A stretch of 64,000 nucleotides of DNA from Acidobacteriota bacterium (GTDB taxonomy: Bacteria; Acidobacteriota; Blastocatellia; RBC074). Location: positions 32,030 to 96,029 of the forward strand of contig JANPFP010000001.1 in assembly GCA_031423495.1 (NCBI GenBank), given 5' to 3'. The first letter of the stretch is position 1; the number at the start of each line of letters is the position of its first letter. The translations under genes were made by a program, and so were the position numbers. The notes under the pieces are model-generated. The model searched no databases and was not told the DNA's origin. It worked only from the letters and a program-made list of their open reading frames with translations. This document shows, piece after piece, positions 9,590 through 20,541 of the stretch.

Positions 9590-9708
9590 GGTCTGCCTGA
9601 GCGAAGAATAAAGGCTCTGCCTGAGCGAAATCGCGCATACAAAACAACACAACTGGGGAACCTTGCGCGGCTGACGGCGCAAAACCGACTTATCGCCATT
9701 TATCCGGG

Positions 9709-9725
9709 CTGGCACGAGGCTTGCC
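9709..9725 (+). promoter_or_regulatory. candidate sigma-54 promoter cTGGCACGaggcTTGCc upstream of Hsp20
   Basis: near-perfect match to TGGCACG-N4-TTGC; ~63 nt upstream of the ATG at 9787. Confidence 0.6.
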
Positions 9726-9786
9726 AATCTCAGAGGTACGCCATCAAACGGTTGGCGCAACTTTAACCCGAAAGGAAATTCGTTTT

Positions 9787-10338
9787 ATGCAAGCCCAAAC
9801 AGCGCTGGAAAAGAAACCGGCAACTAACGCAACTAGCCCCTTCTTTGTCGAAGCCGAGAAGCTCCTGGAAGAGATGAAGGAGGTTTCCCAATCCGTAGCC
9901 AAACGTGCTTACGAATTGTTTGATACGCGAGGCCGCGAACTGGGCCACGAACTCGAAGACTGGTTCCGCGCGGAATTTGAAGTCTTACGCTGGGTGCCCG
10001 TCGAGTTGAAAGAAGCGGACGGCAAATTCGTCGTGCGTGCCGAAGTGCCCGGCTTCAACGCCGCCGACCTCAAGATCAGCGTCGAACCCAAACAACTCAC
10101 CATCAGCGGCAAGAAAGAAGAGACGAAGGAAGAACCAAAAGAAGGGCCAAAAGAAGGAAAAGACGCGAATCGCTACTTCTCAGAATTTCGCGCGAATCAA
10201 TTCTGCCGCACGCTGAACCTGCCCAAAGCGGTGGATACGACACAGGCGCAGGCCGCGCTCAAAGATGGTGTACTCGAATTGACGTTGCCGAAAGCAGCGG
10301 TGAGTGAACCGGTCAACGTCTCCGTCAAACCCAATTAA
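9787..10338 (+). CDS. Hsp20/alpha-crystallin family small heat shock protein
   Basis: alpha-crystallin domain ([37 protein letters not shown]...GVLELTLPK). Confidence 0.85.
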   Translation: MQAQTALEKKPATNATSPFFVEAEKLLEEMKEVSQSVAKRAYELFDTRGRELGHELEDWFRAEFEVLRWVPVELKEADGKFVVRAEVPGFNAADLKISVEPKQLTISGKKEETKEEPKEGPKEGKDANRYFSEFRANQFCRTLNLPKAVDTTQAQAALKDGVLELTLPKAAVSEPVNVSVKPN

Positions 10339-10428
10339 CCGAAGCGTGTGCGAAAGAATTCTGCTTGTGCTGTAAAGACAGCGTTCGCGCACGGCGCAGA
10401 ATGAACACATCCCCCAAAACCAACTGTC

Positions 10429-10824
10429 ATGAAAAAACCAATTGAGTACGGTTACAGCAAAACGATTGATATCAGTTACCGGCAAGCCATCGAACGCACC
10501 AAAGAGGCGCTGCAACAGGAAGGTTTCGGCGTGCTGTTCGAGTTGGATTTGCAGGAAAAGCTGCGCGAAAAGCTCGGCGTCGAGCTTCGGCCTTACGTGA
10601 TTTTAGGCGCGTGCAATCCGGCGATGGCTTATCAGACGTTGCAGGCTGAAATTGACATCGGCCTGCTGTTGCCGTGCAACGTGATCGTTTATGAACAGGA
10701 CGGCCAGTCGGTCGTCGCGGCGATTGATGCGGCGAAAATGATGACCGTCGTCGGCAATCCGCAATTGGCCGCCACTGCCGCGCAAGTGAATGAAAAGCTG
10801 CGGCGCGCGATTGACAGTTTGTAA
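10429..10824 (+). CDS. DUF302 domain protein
   Basis: [45 protein letters not shown]... typical DUF302. Confidence 0.7.
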   Translation: MKKPIEYGYSKTIDISYRQAIERTKEALQQEGFGVLFELDLQEKLREKLGVELRPYVILGACNPAMAYQTLQAEIDIGLLLPCNVIVYEQDGQSVVAAIDAAKMMTVVGNPQLAATAAQVNEKLRRAIDSL

Positions 10825-10845
10825 AAGCAGAAAAGGAGCAAACGT

Positions 10846-10935
10846 TATGTCTGACTTTCTTTGGATGATTTTGTTTTTCGTAGCTTATTTTGCGCTGATG
10901 CGCTGGGTGTTGCCGCGTTTCGGCGTGGCTACCTG
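10846..10935 (+). CDS. candidate 29-aa hydrophobic peptide ([29 protein letters not shown]), below the track cutoff
   Basis: RBS aaaggag 7 nt upstream of ATG; single predicted TM helix; may be non-coding. Confidence 0.3.
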
Positions 10936-11013
10936 AATGGCTCCGTCGTGTCGCGTCGAGGATCGGCGCAAAGAACCGCAATCAAACAGCAACCTTACTC
11001 ACGGAGAGCAGCA

Positions 11014-11688
11014 ATGAAAAAAGTACTGTTGAGTTTATTCGTGCTGAACGCACTTGCATTCACGGCGCTGGCGCAAGGGCGTGGCCCCAGCCCCAGAATG
11101 ATGGGCGGCATGCAGCAAAAAGACATGGACACGATCCATACCCTGTTTGCCAACCGCAAGAAAATCAAACGCACGGTTACGCCGATTAAACACGGCGTGG
11201 AAACCGTGACCGAGGGTGAAGACGAGGCTACGCGCAAGCTGATCGCCGAACACGTTGCGGCCATGAAAACGCGGCTGGAAAAGAAACAACCGATTCGCAT
11301 GTGGGATCCGCTGTTTGCCGAACTCTTCAAGCACGCCGACAAGATCAAGCTGGAAATTTTGCCCACCGCGAAAGGCGTCAAGGTTGTTGAGACTTCTGAC
11401 GACCCGTACGTCGTGAAGCTGATTCAGGCGCACGCGCAAGGCGTTTCTGAATTCGTCAAAGAAGGCATGCCGAGCATGCACAAGCGCCACGAACTACCCG
11501 GCGCTGATCCATCTGTCGAAAAGTTTCTCGGCAAGGGCGATGGCGTTACGACCTGTCCGGTTACCGGCGAGCCGGTGAATAAGAACATCAGCGCGGTGAT
11601 CGGCAAGCGCACGGTGTATTTCTGCTGTCAGAGTTGCGCGGATGCCGTGAAAAAAGACCCGGCGCTTTATCTCAAAGACTATCAATAA
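11014..11688 (+). CDS. secreted protein with C-terminal YHS/TRASH-type metal-binding domain
   Basis: signal peptide [22 protein letters not shown]; C-terminal TCPVTGEPV...[16 protein letters not shown]. Confidence 0.6.
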   Translation: MKKVLLSLFVLNALAFTALAQGRGPSPRMMGGMQQKDMDTIHTLFANRKKIKRTVTPIKHGVETVTEGEDEATRKLIAEHVAAMKTRLEKKQPIRMWDPLFAELFKHADKIKLEILPTAKGVKVVETSDDPYVVKLIQAHAQGVSEFVKEGMPSMHKRHELPGADPSVEKFLGKGDGVTTCPVTGEPVNKNISAVIGKRTVYFCCQSCADAVKKDPALYLKDYQ

Positions 11689-11701
11689 GGAGCGAAAAAC
11701 C

Positions 11702-11899
11702 ATGACTGTCGAACAAGCATTGCGATTGATTGCGGGCGCTCTCGTGTTAGCCAGCATCGCGCTGGGCTATTACGTCAGCCCTTATTTTTTTCTGTTCACC
11801 GCGTTCATCAGCTTGAACCTGATGCAATCGGCGTTTACGAATTGGTGCCCGATGATGACGCTGTTGCGCAAGGCGGGCTTACGCGACTTACAGGCGTGA
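11702..11899 (+). CDS. DUF2892 (YgaP-like) small membrane protein
   Basis: 65 aa; LRLIAGALVLASIALGYY...FTNWCP motif. Confidence 0.6.
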   Translation: MTVEQALRLIAGALVLASIALGYYVSPYFFLFTAFISLNLMQSAFTNWCPMMTLLRKAGLRDLQA

Positions 11900-11908
11900 G
11901 AGGCTTTC

Positions 11909-13264
11909 ATGTTGAATCGAGCTTTTGCACACACGCTGGCGTTGCTGCTCGCGGTTAGCCACTCGGCCTTCGCGCAAACCGCCGTTGAGCCGCTGACCTT
12001 GCCGCTGGCCGTAGAGATTGCGCTCAAAACCAATCCGCTCACGCGCGCTACCGAAGCAGGCCGTGCGATGGCCGATGCGCAAGTCAGCGAAGCCAAAGCC
12101 GCGCGCTTCCCGCTGTTGCAGGTGAGCGAGAATTTCGCCGCGAGCAACAATCCGGTTTTCGTGTTCGGTTCGTTGCTCGAACAAGCGCGCTTTGCGCAAA
12201 AGAATTTTGATCTGCGCGCGTTGAACAATCCAGCGACGATGAGCAACTTTCGCAGTTCAGTGAATTTCAAACTGCCGCTTTTCGATCAGCGGCAAACCGC
12301 CACGCGCATCAATCGCGCGCAATTCGGTCAACAACAAGCCGACGCGCAAACCAACCTGGTCGCGCAACAGATTCGCTTTGAAACGCTGAAAGCCTTTTAT
12401 GGCGTGCTGCTCGCGCAAGCCCATCAGGAAGTCGCCGACGAAGCCGTCAAGCTCGCCGCAGCCGATGTCAAACGCAGCCGCGACCGCGTCGAAACCGGTC
12501 TCGCCGTCGTCTCAGACCTGCTCGCCGCCGAAGTCCAACTCGCCGAAGCTACGCAACAACAGATTCAAGCCGCTGGCGAAATCGTCATCGCGCGCGCCGC
12601 GCTCAACACCGCGCTCGGCCTGCCCATCAACGCACCGCAAACCATCAACGGAGCTTTGCTCGAAAAAGATTTCGACCTTGCCGAACAGGATGAATTGTTG
12701 CGCCTCGCGCTCGCACACCGTTCTGATTTGTCACGCGCGCAATTACAGGTGCGTTCAAATCAAGAACAGATGCGCGGCACGCGCAGCGAGTGGTTGCCGC
12801 GTCTCGACGTATTCACCAGTGCGGGCGTGAGCAGTCAGGCTTTCAACAACGGCAGCGCAGATTACCTGGTCGGAGCGAGTGTGACGTTCAATCTGTTTGA
12901 CGCCGGACGCAAAGCACGGCTGCAACAGGCGCGCGCGGGGGAAGCGCTGGTCGTCGCCGAACAGCAGCATCTGACGAATCAAATTCGGTTTGAAGTCGTG
13001 CGCGCGCAACAGCAATTCATCAGCGCCCGCGCGCGTTTGAACGTCGCCGGACGCGCCGTCACGCAAGCGACCGAGGCGTTGCGCATCGTGCAGGATCGTT
13101 ATCTCGAAGGCTTGACCACGATCACCGAACTCTTGCGCGCCGAAACCGCTTTGACCCAAACGCGCATGAGTCTCGTCGCGGCGCGTTATGAGCATTACGT
13201 AGGTTACGCCCAAGTGTTGCTGTCGTGCGGCAGGCTGAACGACGTGCAGGTGTTCGTTTCATAA
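11909..13264 (+). CDS. TolC-family outer membrane efflux protein
   Basis: signal peptide, two repeated coiled-coil/beta modules, 451 aa, upstream of MFP and RND genes. Confidence 0.85.
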   Translation: MLNRAFAHTLALLLAVSHSAFAQTAVEPLTLPLAVEIALKTNPLTRATEAGRAMADAQVSEAKAARFPLLQVSENFAASNNPVFVFGSLLEQARFAQKNFDLRALNNPATMSNFRSSVNFKLPLFDQRQTATRINRAQFGQQQADAQTNLVAQQIRFETLKAFYGVLLAQAHQEVADEAVKLAAADVKRSRDRVETGLAVVSDLLAAEVQLAEATQQQIQAAGEIVIARAALNTALGLPINAPQTINGALLEKDFDLAEQDELLRLALAHRSDLSRAQLQVRSNQEQMRGTRSEWLPRLDVFTSAGVSSQAFNNGSADYLVGASVTFNLFDAGRKARLQQARAGEALVVAEQQHLTNQIRFEVVRAQQQFISARARLNVAGRAVTQATEALRIVQDRYLEGLTTITELLRAETALTQTRMSLVAARYEHYVGYAQVLLSCGRLNDVQVFVS

Positions 13265-13273
13265 GAGGTTCAG

Positions 13274-14455
13274 ATGAAGATACTCATTTCCTTTTTTGCC
13301 CTTGCGTTGCTGGCGACATCGTGCGCCAAGCGGCAGCAAGTCGCCGCCGAACAACCCGCCATCGTCAAAAACGTCCCCACCGAAACTATCAAACTGGTTG
13401 CCACGGACGATTATTACGAAGCCGTCGGCACGGTGCGCTCAAAAACCACGACGACGCTTTCGGCCAAGATCGTAGGCACGATCACCGCCGTCCGCGTGAG
13501 CGCAGGCGACCGGGTGCGCGCAGGGCAACCGCTGATCCAAATCGAAAACCGCGATGCGCGCGCGCAAGTCGAACGCGCTGAAGCTGGCTTGCGCACAGCC
13601 CAAACCGCCACCGAAGAAGTCGAGAAAAACATTCGCGTCGCCGCCGCCGCGCAAGCTGCTGCCGAGGCGCAACGCCAATTGGCTGAAAGTACGTTGAAAC
13701 GCTATCAGGCTTTGCTGGAGCGCAAGTCGGTTAGTCCGCAGGAATTCGACGAGACGCAAACGCGCTTCAAAGTCGCCGCCGCCGAAGTCGAACGCGCCGA
13801 ACGCATGTTGCAAGCAGCGCAAGCGCGGCGCGCCGTGGTGCTAGCGGGCATCGAACAAGCCAAATCCGAGGTTGCCGCCGCGCAAGTGATGGCGAGTTAC
13901 GCGCGCATCGTCGCGCCCATCAACGGCGTCGTCACCGCCAAACAAGCTGAAGCCGGTTCGATGGCCGCGCCGGGTACGCCACTGCTCACGCTCGAAGACG
14001 GCGCGAGCTATCGCCTCGAAGCCGCCGTCGAAGAATCGCGCATCCGCAACTTGCGCTTAAACGCGCAAGCTCTGGTCATCATTGACGCGCTGGGCGGCGC
14101 TGAGTTGAACGGCCACGTCGTCGAAATCGTACCCGTCGCCGATCCCGCCAGCCGCAGCTACATCGTTAAGATTGCTTTGCCGCCGCATCGTTTCCTGCGT
14201 TCGGGGCTGTTCGGCAAAGCGCGTTTCAGCGCGGGGCAAAAACAGATGATCGCCGTTCCGAATCAGGCGATTGTGCAGCGCGGCCAACTCACGGGCGTTT
14301 ATGTCGTAGATCAAAACAGCTTCGCGCGCTTGCGCCTCATCTCGCTCGGCAAAGCGCACGGCTCAATGACCGATGTGTTGTCAGGCTTGAACGACGGCGA
14401 ACGCATCGTGACCAGCGCCGCCCTCATTCCGCGCGAAGGAGTGAAAGTGCAATGA
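13274..14455 (+). CDS. efflux RND transporter periplasmic adaptor subunit (MFP)
   Basis: lipoprotein-like N-terminus, long coiled coil, beta-barrel domain; ATGA overlap with RND gene. Confidence 0.85.
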   Translation: MKILISFFALALLATSCAKRQQVAAEQPAIVKNVPTETIKLVATDDYYEAVGTVRSKTTTTLSAKIVGTITAVRVSAGDRVRAGQPLIQIENRDARAQVERAEAGLRTAQTATEEVEKNIRVAAAAQAAAEAQRQLAESTLKRYQALLERKSVSPQEFDETQTRFKVAAAEVERAERMLQAAQARRAVVLAGIEQAKSEVAAAQVMASYARIVAPINGVVTAKQAEAGSMAAPGTPLLTLEDGASYRLEAAVEESRIRNLRLNAQALVIIDALGGAELNGHVVEIVPVADPASRSYIVKIALPPHRFLRSGLFGKARFSAGQKQMIAVPNQAIVQRGQLTGVYVVDQNSFARLRLISLGKAHGSMTDVLSGLNDGERIVTSAALIPREGVKVQ

Positions 14456-17400
14456 GAGAGATAGGGTTCGCAGGCAAACTCGCGCGTGCTTTCATCAATT
14501 CAAAACTCACACCGCTGGTGATTGTGGCTTCGGTGTTGCTCGGTCTCGGTGCGGTCGCGTTGCTGCCGCGCGAAGAAGAGCCGCAAATCATCGTGCCGAT
14601 GATTGACGTATTCGTTGAAATGCCCGGCGCTTCAGTCAAAGAAATCGAAGAGCGCGTTGCCAAGCCGATGGAAAAGTTGCTGTGGGAAGTGCCCGGCGTC
14701 GAGTATTTGTATTCGACTTCGTCGCCCGGTCAGGCAATGGTGATCGTGCGGTTTCTGGTGGGGCAAAACGAAGAAGACGCCATCGTGCGGCTGAATCAAA
14801 AGTTGCTGGCGAATTTCGATTTGATTCCGCCCGGCGCATCGCCGCCGCTGATCAAGCCGCGTTCGATTGATGATGTGCCGATTCTGGCTTTGACGTTGGC
14901 GAGCGAACGTTACGACGGTTTCACGCTGCGCCGCATCGCCGCACAGCTTCACGATCAAATCAAAGAGATCAACGACGTATCCGAAATCAAACTCATCGGC
15001 GGACAGCGCCGCCAATTGCGCGTCACGCTCGATGAAGCGCGGCTGACGGCTTTCAACCTCGCTCCGGCGGCGCTGGCGCCGTTGCTCGAACAGGCCAATC
15101 GGCAATTGCCATCCGGCAGCTTCGCCACCGGCAACCGCGAGTACCTGGTGGAAACCGGCGGGTTCTTGCGCAATGCCGATGAAATCGCCGCCGTCGTCAT
15201 TGGCGTATTCAACGGCAAGCCCGTCTATTTACGTGACGTGGCGAAAATAGAAGACGGCGCGGAAGAGCCTGCCGATTACGTGATGTTCGGCGTCGGGCAA
15301 CACGTGAAAGAATCTTCCACTCCGCACTCCACACTCCGCACTCCGCGTTCGGTTTTGCCCGCCGTCACGCTTTCCATCGCCAAGCGCAAAGGTACGAACG
15401 CGATTGCGATTGCCGAAAAAGTTTTAGAGAAAGTCGAACGCCTCAAAGGCACGTTGATTCCCGCCGATGTCGCGGTGCATACGACGCGCAATTACGGCGA
15501 GACGGCGAGCGAGAAATCGAATGAGTTGCTGTTGCACATGCTCATCGCCATCTTCTCGGTTGCGGCGTTGATCTGGCTCACGCTCGGCCGGCGCGAATCG
15601 GGCATTGTGGCGACGGCGATTCCCGTGACGCTCGCGCTGACACTGGCGGTCTTTTATTTGTATGGCTACACGCTCAATCGCATCACCCTGTTCGCGCTGA
15701 TCTTTTCCATCGGCATTCTCGTGGACGACGCCATCGTCGTCGTCGAAAACATGGCGCGGCATTACCGTCTGCCTGAAAACAAAGGGCGCGCGCTGATTGA
15801 CATCGCGGTCGAGGCCGTTGACGAAGTCGGCAATCCGACGATTCTGGCTACGTTTGCCGTGATCGCGGCGATTCTGCCGATGGCTTTCGTGGGCGGATTG
15901 ATGGGGCCTTATATGAAACCCATCCCGATTGGCGCAACGGCGGCGATGGTCTTTTCGTTGTTGGTCGCTTTCATCGTTACGCCGTGGGCGAGCTTGCGTT
16001 TGCTCAAACGCGACGACAGGCATGGAGATGAGCAGGAAGGGCGAATGACAAAACTCTATCGCGTAGTGATGGGCAAACTCATTCGCGTGCCGGCGTGGCG
16101 TTATGGCTTTTTGCTCGGCGTCGTCCTGCTGTTGTTCGCTTCCCTGGCGCTGGTCGGATTGAAACTCGTGCGCGTCAAGATGCTGCCTTTCGACAACAAG
16201 AGCGAGTTCCAAATCATCGTAGACATGCCCGAAGGCACGCCGCTCGAACAAACCGCCGCCGTCACGCGCGAGATTGGCGAAACGATCAGCGCCGTGCCCG
16301 AAGTCACCGATTACCAGATGTATGTGGGCACGGCGTCGCCTTATAACTTCAACGGACTGGTGCGGCATTACTTCATGCGGCGCGGCGCGAACGTTGCCGA
16401 CCTGCAAGTCAACCTCGTCGGCAAAGGCGAACGCGACGCGCAAAGCCACGACATCGCCAAACGAGTGCGCCCCTCAATTCAAATGATTGCGCAGCGATAC
16501 AACGCGCGCGTGAAAATCGCCGAAGTCCCACCCGGTCCGCCCGTCTTGCAAACGCTGGTCGCTGAAATTTACGGCCCCGATTACGCGCGGCAACTCGCCA
16601 TCGCGCGGCAGATACGCGATGTGTTCGACAACACCGAGGGCGTAGTTGATGTGGATTCATACGCCGAAGACGATCAGCCGAAATATCAATTCATCGTGGA
16701 TAAAGAGAAAGCCGCGCTCAACGGCGTCACGGCTGAACAGGTCGCGGCAACCTTGCGCATCGCGGTCGCGGGGCTGTCGGTCGGCCTCGTGCATCAGCCA
16801 CAGGAAAAAGAAGACGTGCCCATTGTGTTGCAACTCGCACGCGCCGAACGTTCGAGCCTGAACGATCTGAAACAAATCAAAGTGCAGGGACGCAACGGCA
16901 ACCTCGTGGCGCTCGGCGAGTTGGCGCGGGTCGAAGAGCAAATCGCAGAGAAAAGCATTTACCACAAAAACCTGATGCCGGTGACTTATGTGACCGCCGA
17001 CATCGCGGGCAGCGAAGAAAGCCCGGTTTACGCGATTCTCAAACTCAACGAAGCGATAGATCAGCTCAAGCTGCCGGAAGGTTACGCGCTTGAACGTTAT
17101 GTCGCGTCGCTGCCGTTTAGCAGCGACAAATACGCGATGAAATGGGACGGCGAATGGCACATCACTTACGAGGTCTTCCGCGATCTGGGCCTGGCCTTCG
17201 CGGCGGTGCTGGTATTGATTTACATCCTCGTCGTCGGCTGGTTCCAGTCGTTCAAAACGCCGCTGGCGATTATGGCGGCGATTCCGTTTTCGCTCGTAGG
17301 CATCCTGCCCGCGCACGGATTGATGAACGCCTTTTTCACGGCGACTTCGATGATCGGCTTCATCGCGGGCGCGGGCATCGTCGTGCGCAATTCAATCATT

Positions 17401-17709
17401 CTCGTAGATTTCATTGAACTCAGATTGAAAGAAGGCATGCCGCTCGCCGAAGCCGTGATTGACGCAGGCGCAGTGCGCTTTCGCCCGATGATGCTGACGG
17501 CGGCGGCGGTCGTGGTCGGAGCCATCGTGATTTTGTTCGACCCGATCTTTCAAGGGTTGGCGATTTCACTGATGGCGGGCGAAATCGCTTCGCTGTTGCT
17601 GTCGCGCATGACCGTGCCGATTCTTTACTACCTGAGCGAACGAAAAAAACACCAAGCCGCAACGCACGACGACGTGATGCCAGTCGTGGCTTTGGGGCAA
17701 ACACATTGA
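14452..17709 (+). CDS. efflux RND transporter permease subunit (AcrB-like HAE1 signature)
   Basis: 1085 aa, 12-TM layout, TM4 motif [16 protein letters not shown]. Confidence 0.9.
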   Translation: MREIGFAGKLARAFINSKLTPLVIVASVLLGLGAVALLPREEEPQIIVPMIDVFVEMPGASVKEIEERVAKPMEKLLWEVPGVEYLYSTSSPGQAMVIVRFLVGQNEEDAIVRLNQKLLANFDLIPPGASPPLIKPRSIDDVPILALTLASERYDGFTLRRIAAQLHDQIKEINDVSEIKLIGGQRRQLRVTLDEARLTAFNLAPAALAPLLEQANRQLPSGSFATGNREYLVETGGFLRNADEIAAVVIGVFNGKPVYLRDVAKIEDGAEEPADYVMFGVGQHVKESSTPHSTLRTPRSVLPAVTLSIAKRKGTNAIAIAEKVLEKVERLKGTLIPADVAVHTTRNYGETASEKSNELLLHMLIAIFSVAALIWLTLGRRESGIVATAIPVTLALTLAVFYLYGYTLNRITLFALIFSIGILVDDAIVVVENMARHYRLPENKGRALIDIAVEAVDEVGNPTILATFAVIAAILPMAFVGGLMGPYMKPIPIGATAAMVFSLLVAFIVTPWASLRLLKRDDRHGDEQEGRMTKLYRVVMGKLIRVPAWRYGFLLGVVLLLFASLALVGLKLVRVKMLPFDNKSEFQIIVDMPEGTPLEQTAAVTREIGETISAVPEVTDYQMYVGTASPYNFNGLVRHYFMRRGANVADLQVNLVGKGERDAQSHDIAKRVRPSIQMIAQRYNARVKIAEVPPGPPVLQTLVAEIYGPDYARQLAIARQIRDVFDNTEGVVDVDSYAEDDQPKYQFIVDKEKAALNGVTAEQVAATLRIAVAGLSVGLVHQPQEKEDVPIVLQLARAERSSLNDLKQIKVQGRNGNLVALGELARVEEQIAEKSIYHKNLMPVTYVTADIAGSEESPVYAILKLNEAIDQLKLPEGYALERYVASLPFSSDKYAMKWDGEWHITYEVFRDLGLAFAAVLVLIYILVVGWFQSFKTPLAIMAAIPFSLVGILPAHGLMNAFFTATSMIGFIAGAGIVVRNSIILVDFIELRLKEGMPLAEAVIDAGAVRFRPMMLTAAAVVVGAIVILFDPIFQGLAISLMAGEIASLLLSRMTVPILYYLSERKKHQAATHDDVMPVVALGQTH

Positions 17710-17726
17710 GCAGGAGCTTTGCATTT

Positions 17727-18176
17727 ATGAACGAACAACTTCCCTATTTTTATGACACGACCGTTGAATGGACGAACGCGCGACAAGGCACGTTGAGCGC
17801 GCCTGAGTTGACTTCGCTAACCATCGCAGCGCCGCCTGAATTCAAAGGCCACGCGGGGCTGTGGACGCCCGAACATCTTTTCGTCGCGTCGGTCAATGCG
17901 TGCTTTATGACTACGTTTCTGGCAATTGCGGAGTTGTCGAAACTCGAATTCGTCAGCTTCACCTGCAGCGCGCAAGGAAAGCTGGAAAAGGCCGAATCGC
18001 ATGGCTTCAAAATCACTGAAGTCGTGCTGCATCCGAAACTTGTCATCCGTCACGCGCACGACCTTGCGCGAGCCGAACGAGTTTTGGGAAAGACCGAACG
18101 CAACTGCCTCATCTCTAATTCAATCCATACGGTCGTCAGGCTTGAATCCGAAATTAGCTTAGCACCTGCCAGCTAA
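17727..18176 (+). CDS. OsmC/Ohr family peroxiredoxin-like protein
   Basis: GLWTPEHLFVASVNACFMTTF and ...NCLISNS motifs of the OsmC family. Confidence 0.75.
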   Translation: MNEQLPYFYDTTVEWTNARQGTLSAPELTSLTIAAPPEFKGHAGLWTPEHLFVASVNACFMTTFLAIAELSKLEFVSFTCSAQGKLEKAESHGFKITEVVLHPKLVIRHAHDLARAERVLGKTERNCLISNSIHTVVRLESEISLAPAS

Positions 18177-19774
18177 CGGGCTTGTGCGCGCAACCAGTCA
18201 GCCGCCCGCTGCCCAATCTCGGCCAGCGCAACATTGGTGTCGAGCTTCAGTTCTTTGTCATCAGCAATAAGCATAGGCTGCGCTTCAGCGCGTTGCCGTT
18301 GATAAACCTCCCACGTCGCATCAGACGCGCCTTCGTGTTTGGCCGCACGCGCATCAAGGCGAGCGCGCACCAGTTCGGGCGCGAGTTCGCATTCGATAAG
18401 ACGAAAGGTAGCGCCGAACTCAACAGCCAACGCGCGCGCTTGCTGCCGCTCTTCGGCGCGTTGAAAGGTCGCATCGAGTATTACGCTTTGCCCGCTGGTG
18501 AGCAGTTCACGCGCTTGCTCAAAAATCGTTTGATAGGTGAGGCGGCTGGCTTCGTCTGAGTAAGCACCCGCGCCGTAGTCGCACGGCCCTTTTTCATCTT
18601 TGAACAATTCGCCGCGCACTTCGTCTGAAGAAATTACGCGCAAGCCCAATTCATCGGCCACCGCGCGTGCGACCGAAGTTTTGCCCGCACCCGAAAGCCC
18701 GCGTACGACGATGAGCGCGCGCTGTTTGAGCGGCGCGGCGTAACGTCGCGCCCAATCGAAATAATGTTTGGCGCGCGCGGCGGCGGCTTCGTGTTCGGCT
18801 TCGGTGAATTCAGTTTCGTTCAATTGAAAGCTCAACACCTTGCCGCGCACGTAAGCGCGATAGCAGCGATAGAACGGCAGCAGCGTGAAAAAGTCAGGAT
18901 CGCCACGGCGTCGTTGATAGGCTTCGACAAAATAATAACCGAGGTCGGGGCGTCCGCGCGCGGCCAAGTCCATGTCGAGAAAGGCGGCTTCGCTGGCTAC
19001 ATCGTCGCAGCGGAAGCGTTCGTTGAATTCGATGCAATCGTAAATGCAAATGTCGTGGTCGAGTACGCAAATGCTTTCGCAGCGCACGTCGCCGTGACCA
19101 TCCACAATGCGGCCTTCGCGCTGGCGGCGTTCAAACAATTCGGTATGCGTCGTGATCCAATCGTTAACCCAGGCTTTGATCGCTTCGTGGTCAGCCGCGC
19201 TGATCGTGCGTCCGATGAAAGGTTCGGCTTGCGCGAAATTCTCTTCCCAGTTGTGGCGGATTTCGTCGCGGCTGCCCCAGCGTGCGATGTCACGTCCGCG
19301 TACGGCGTTGTGATGAAACTCGGCCAGACGCGCGGCGATGCGGTCAATCATCATTTCGGTCGCTTCGTTGCGCGCTACGAGTTGGTCGAGCATGCGTTCA
19401 GTGGGCAGCCGGTTCATCCATACGCAATGATCTATGAGCTTGCCGTGGCGGCCTGAGAACGCGATCTTGCCGTCGGTTTCGACTACGCCACCGAGGCCGA
19501 TATAAGTGTCAGCGCACAAGCGGCGATTGAGGCGAATCTCGTCTTCACAGGCTTTCATCCGCTTGTCTAAAGTCGTGAAATCGAGGAAGCCGAAATTGAC
19601 CGGCTTTTTGAGTTTGACGACGCGCGTGCGGCCCAACAGTAAAACCGAAATATGCGTTTGAATCATTTCAATCGGCAATTCTTCGGGCGGCCATTCGGGC
19701 GCGTGCTTTAACTGTTCAACCTGTGCCAACCAGGTTGGCAGATCGGTTTTTTCCGCTGCGTAATTTGACGCCAT
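18173..19774 (-). CDS. bifunctional aminoglycoside phosphotransferase-like / P-loop ATP-binding protein
   Basis: N-terminal APH-like kinase fold (HGDVRCESICV..DCIEFNERFRCDD), C-terminal P-loop VVRGLSGAGKTS. Confidence 0.65.
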   Translation of the reverse strand: MASNYAAEKTDLPTWLAQVEQLKHAPEWPPEELPIEMIQTHISVLLLGRTRVVKLKKPVNFGFLDFTTLDKRMKACEDEIRLNRRLCADTYIGLGGVVETDGKIAFSGRHGKLIDHCVWMNRLPTERMLDQLVARNEATEMMIDRIAARLAEFHHNAVRGRDIARWGSRDEIRHNWEENFAQAEPFIGRTISAADHEAIKAWVNDWITTHTELFERRQREGRIVDGHGDVRCESICVLDHDICIYDCIEFNERFRCDDVASEAAFLDMDLAARGRPDLGYYFVEAYQRRRGDPDFFTLLPFYRCYRAYVRGKVLSFQLNETEFTEAEHEAAAARAKHYFDWARRYAAPLKQRALIVVRGLSGAGKTSVARAVADELGLRVISSDEVRGELFKDEKGPCDYGAGAYSDEASRLTYQTIFEQARELLTSGQSVILDATFQRAEERQQARALAVEFGATFRLIECELAPELVRARLDARAAKHEGASDATWEVYQRQRAEAQPMLIADDKELKLDTNVALAEIGQRAADWLRAQAR

Positions 19775-19822
19775 ATTGACTCACCTCTCTCACGATGCCG
19801 GGGGAAACTCCCCAACTTGCAG

Positions 19823-19838
19823 CGGCACAGTGCTTGCA
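19823..19838 (+). promoter_or_regulatory. candidate sigma-54 promoter gCGGCACagtgcTTGCA upstream of the small-protein/holin-family operon
   Basis: GG-N10-GC with TTGCA; ~69 nt upstream of the ATG at 19906. Confidence 0.5.
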
Positions 19839-19905
19839 CACTTGTAAATTGCTGCTGGCGTAACCTCACAGGCAACAACCGAACCATTCAAGAAAGGAGC
19901 ATCCG

Positions 19906-20115
19906 ATGAAAACCGCTAAACTCATCAAGCGAGAAGAGCAAGTACTGCCACCCAACCAACCCGTCGCGCGCGCCCAACCGCCCATCACTCGCTCACCAAC
20001 GATGCGAGAGGTCGTAGCCCAATGGGTGCAAGAGCATAAAATCGCACGCCCGACGAATCCGCGTAAGGAATTTGCCGCGTTATTCATTTCCTCGCCGCAA
20101 ACTGTTTCGGCTTGA
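19906..20115 (+). CDS. hypothetical small protein (69 aa)
   Basis: strong RBS aaaggag 7 nt upstream of ATG. Confidence 0.4.
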   Translation: MKTAKLIKREEQVLPPNQPVARAQPPITRSPTMREVVAQWVQEHKIARPTNPRKEFAALFISSPQTVSA

Positions 20116-20168
20116 ACGAGACCGCAATGACTGTGCCGCGAGACACTAAAGGTAGGAGTATTTATCCC

Positions 20169-20534
20169 ATGAAATTTTTGATTCGGTGGGGTTGCAACGC
20201 CATCGCCATTTACGCCGCCGTGAAGTGGTTGCCGGGTTTGTATTTCGCCGGCGCGTGGTGGCAACTGTGCCTCGTCGCGCTGATTCTCGGCTGTTTGAAT
20301 GCGTTGGTGCGTCCGTTGCTGGAATTCCTCACTTGCCCGTTGATTCTGCTGACGCTGGGCTTGTTCGTGTTGGTAATCAACGCAGCATTGCTGTGGTTCA
20401 CGGCAGCGATTGCCGCGCGGCTCGACATTCCCTTTCACATCGCAAGTTTCTGGTCGGCGTTCTGGGGCGCACTGGTGATCAGCATTATTAGTTCGACGCT
20501 GTCGTTGCTCATCAGCGACGATGAAGAAAAGTGA
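20169..20534 (+). CDS. phage holin family / DUF360 (YvlD-like) membrane protein
   Basis: CLNALVRPLLEFLTCPLILLTLGLFVLVINAALLWF matches the conserved core of the YvlD/Phage_holin_4_2 family; RBS aggtaggag. Confidence 0.75.
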   Translation: MKFLIRWGCNAIAIYAAVKWLPGLYFAGAWWQLCLVALILGCLNALVRPLLEFLTCPLILLTLGLFVLVINAALLWFTAAIAARLDIPFHIASFWSAFWGALVISIISSTLSLLISDDEEK

Positions 20535-20541
20535 GGTGGCA

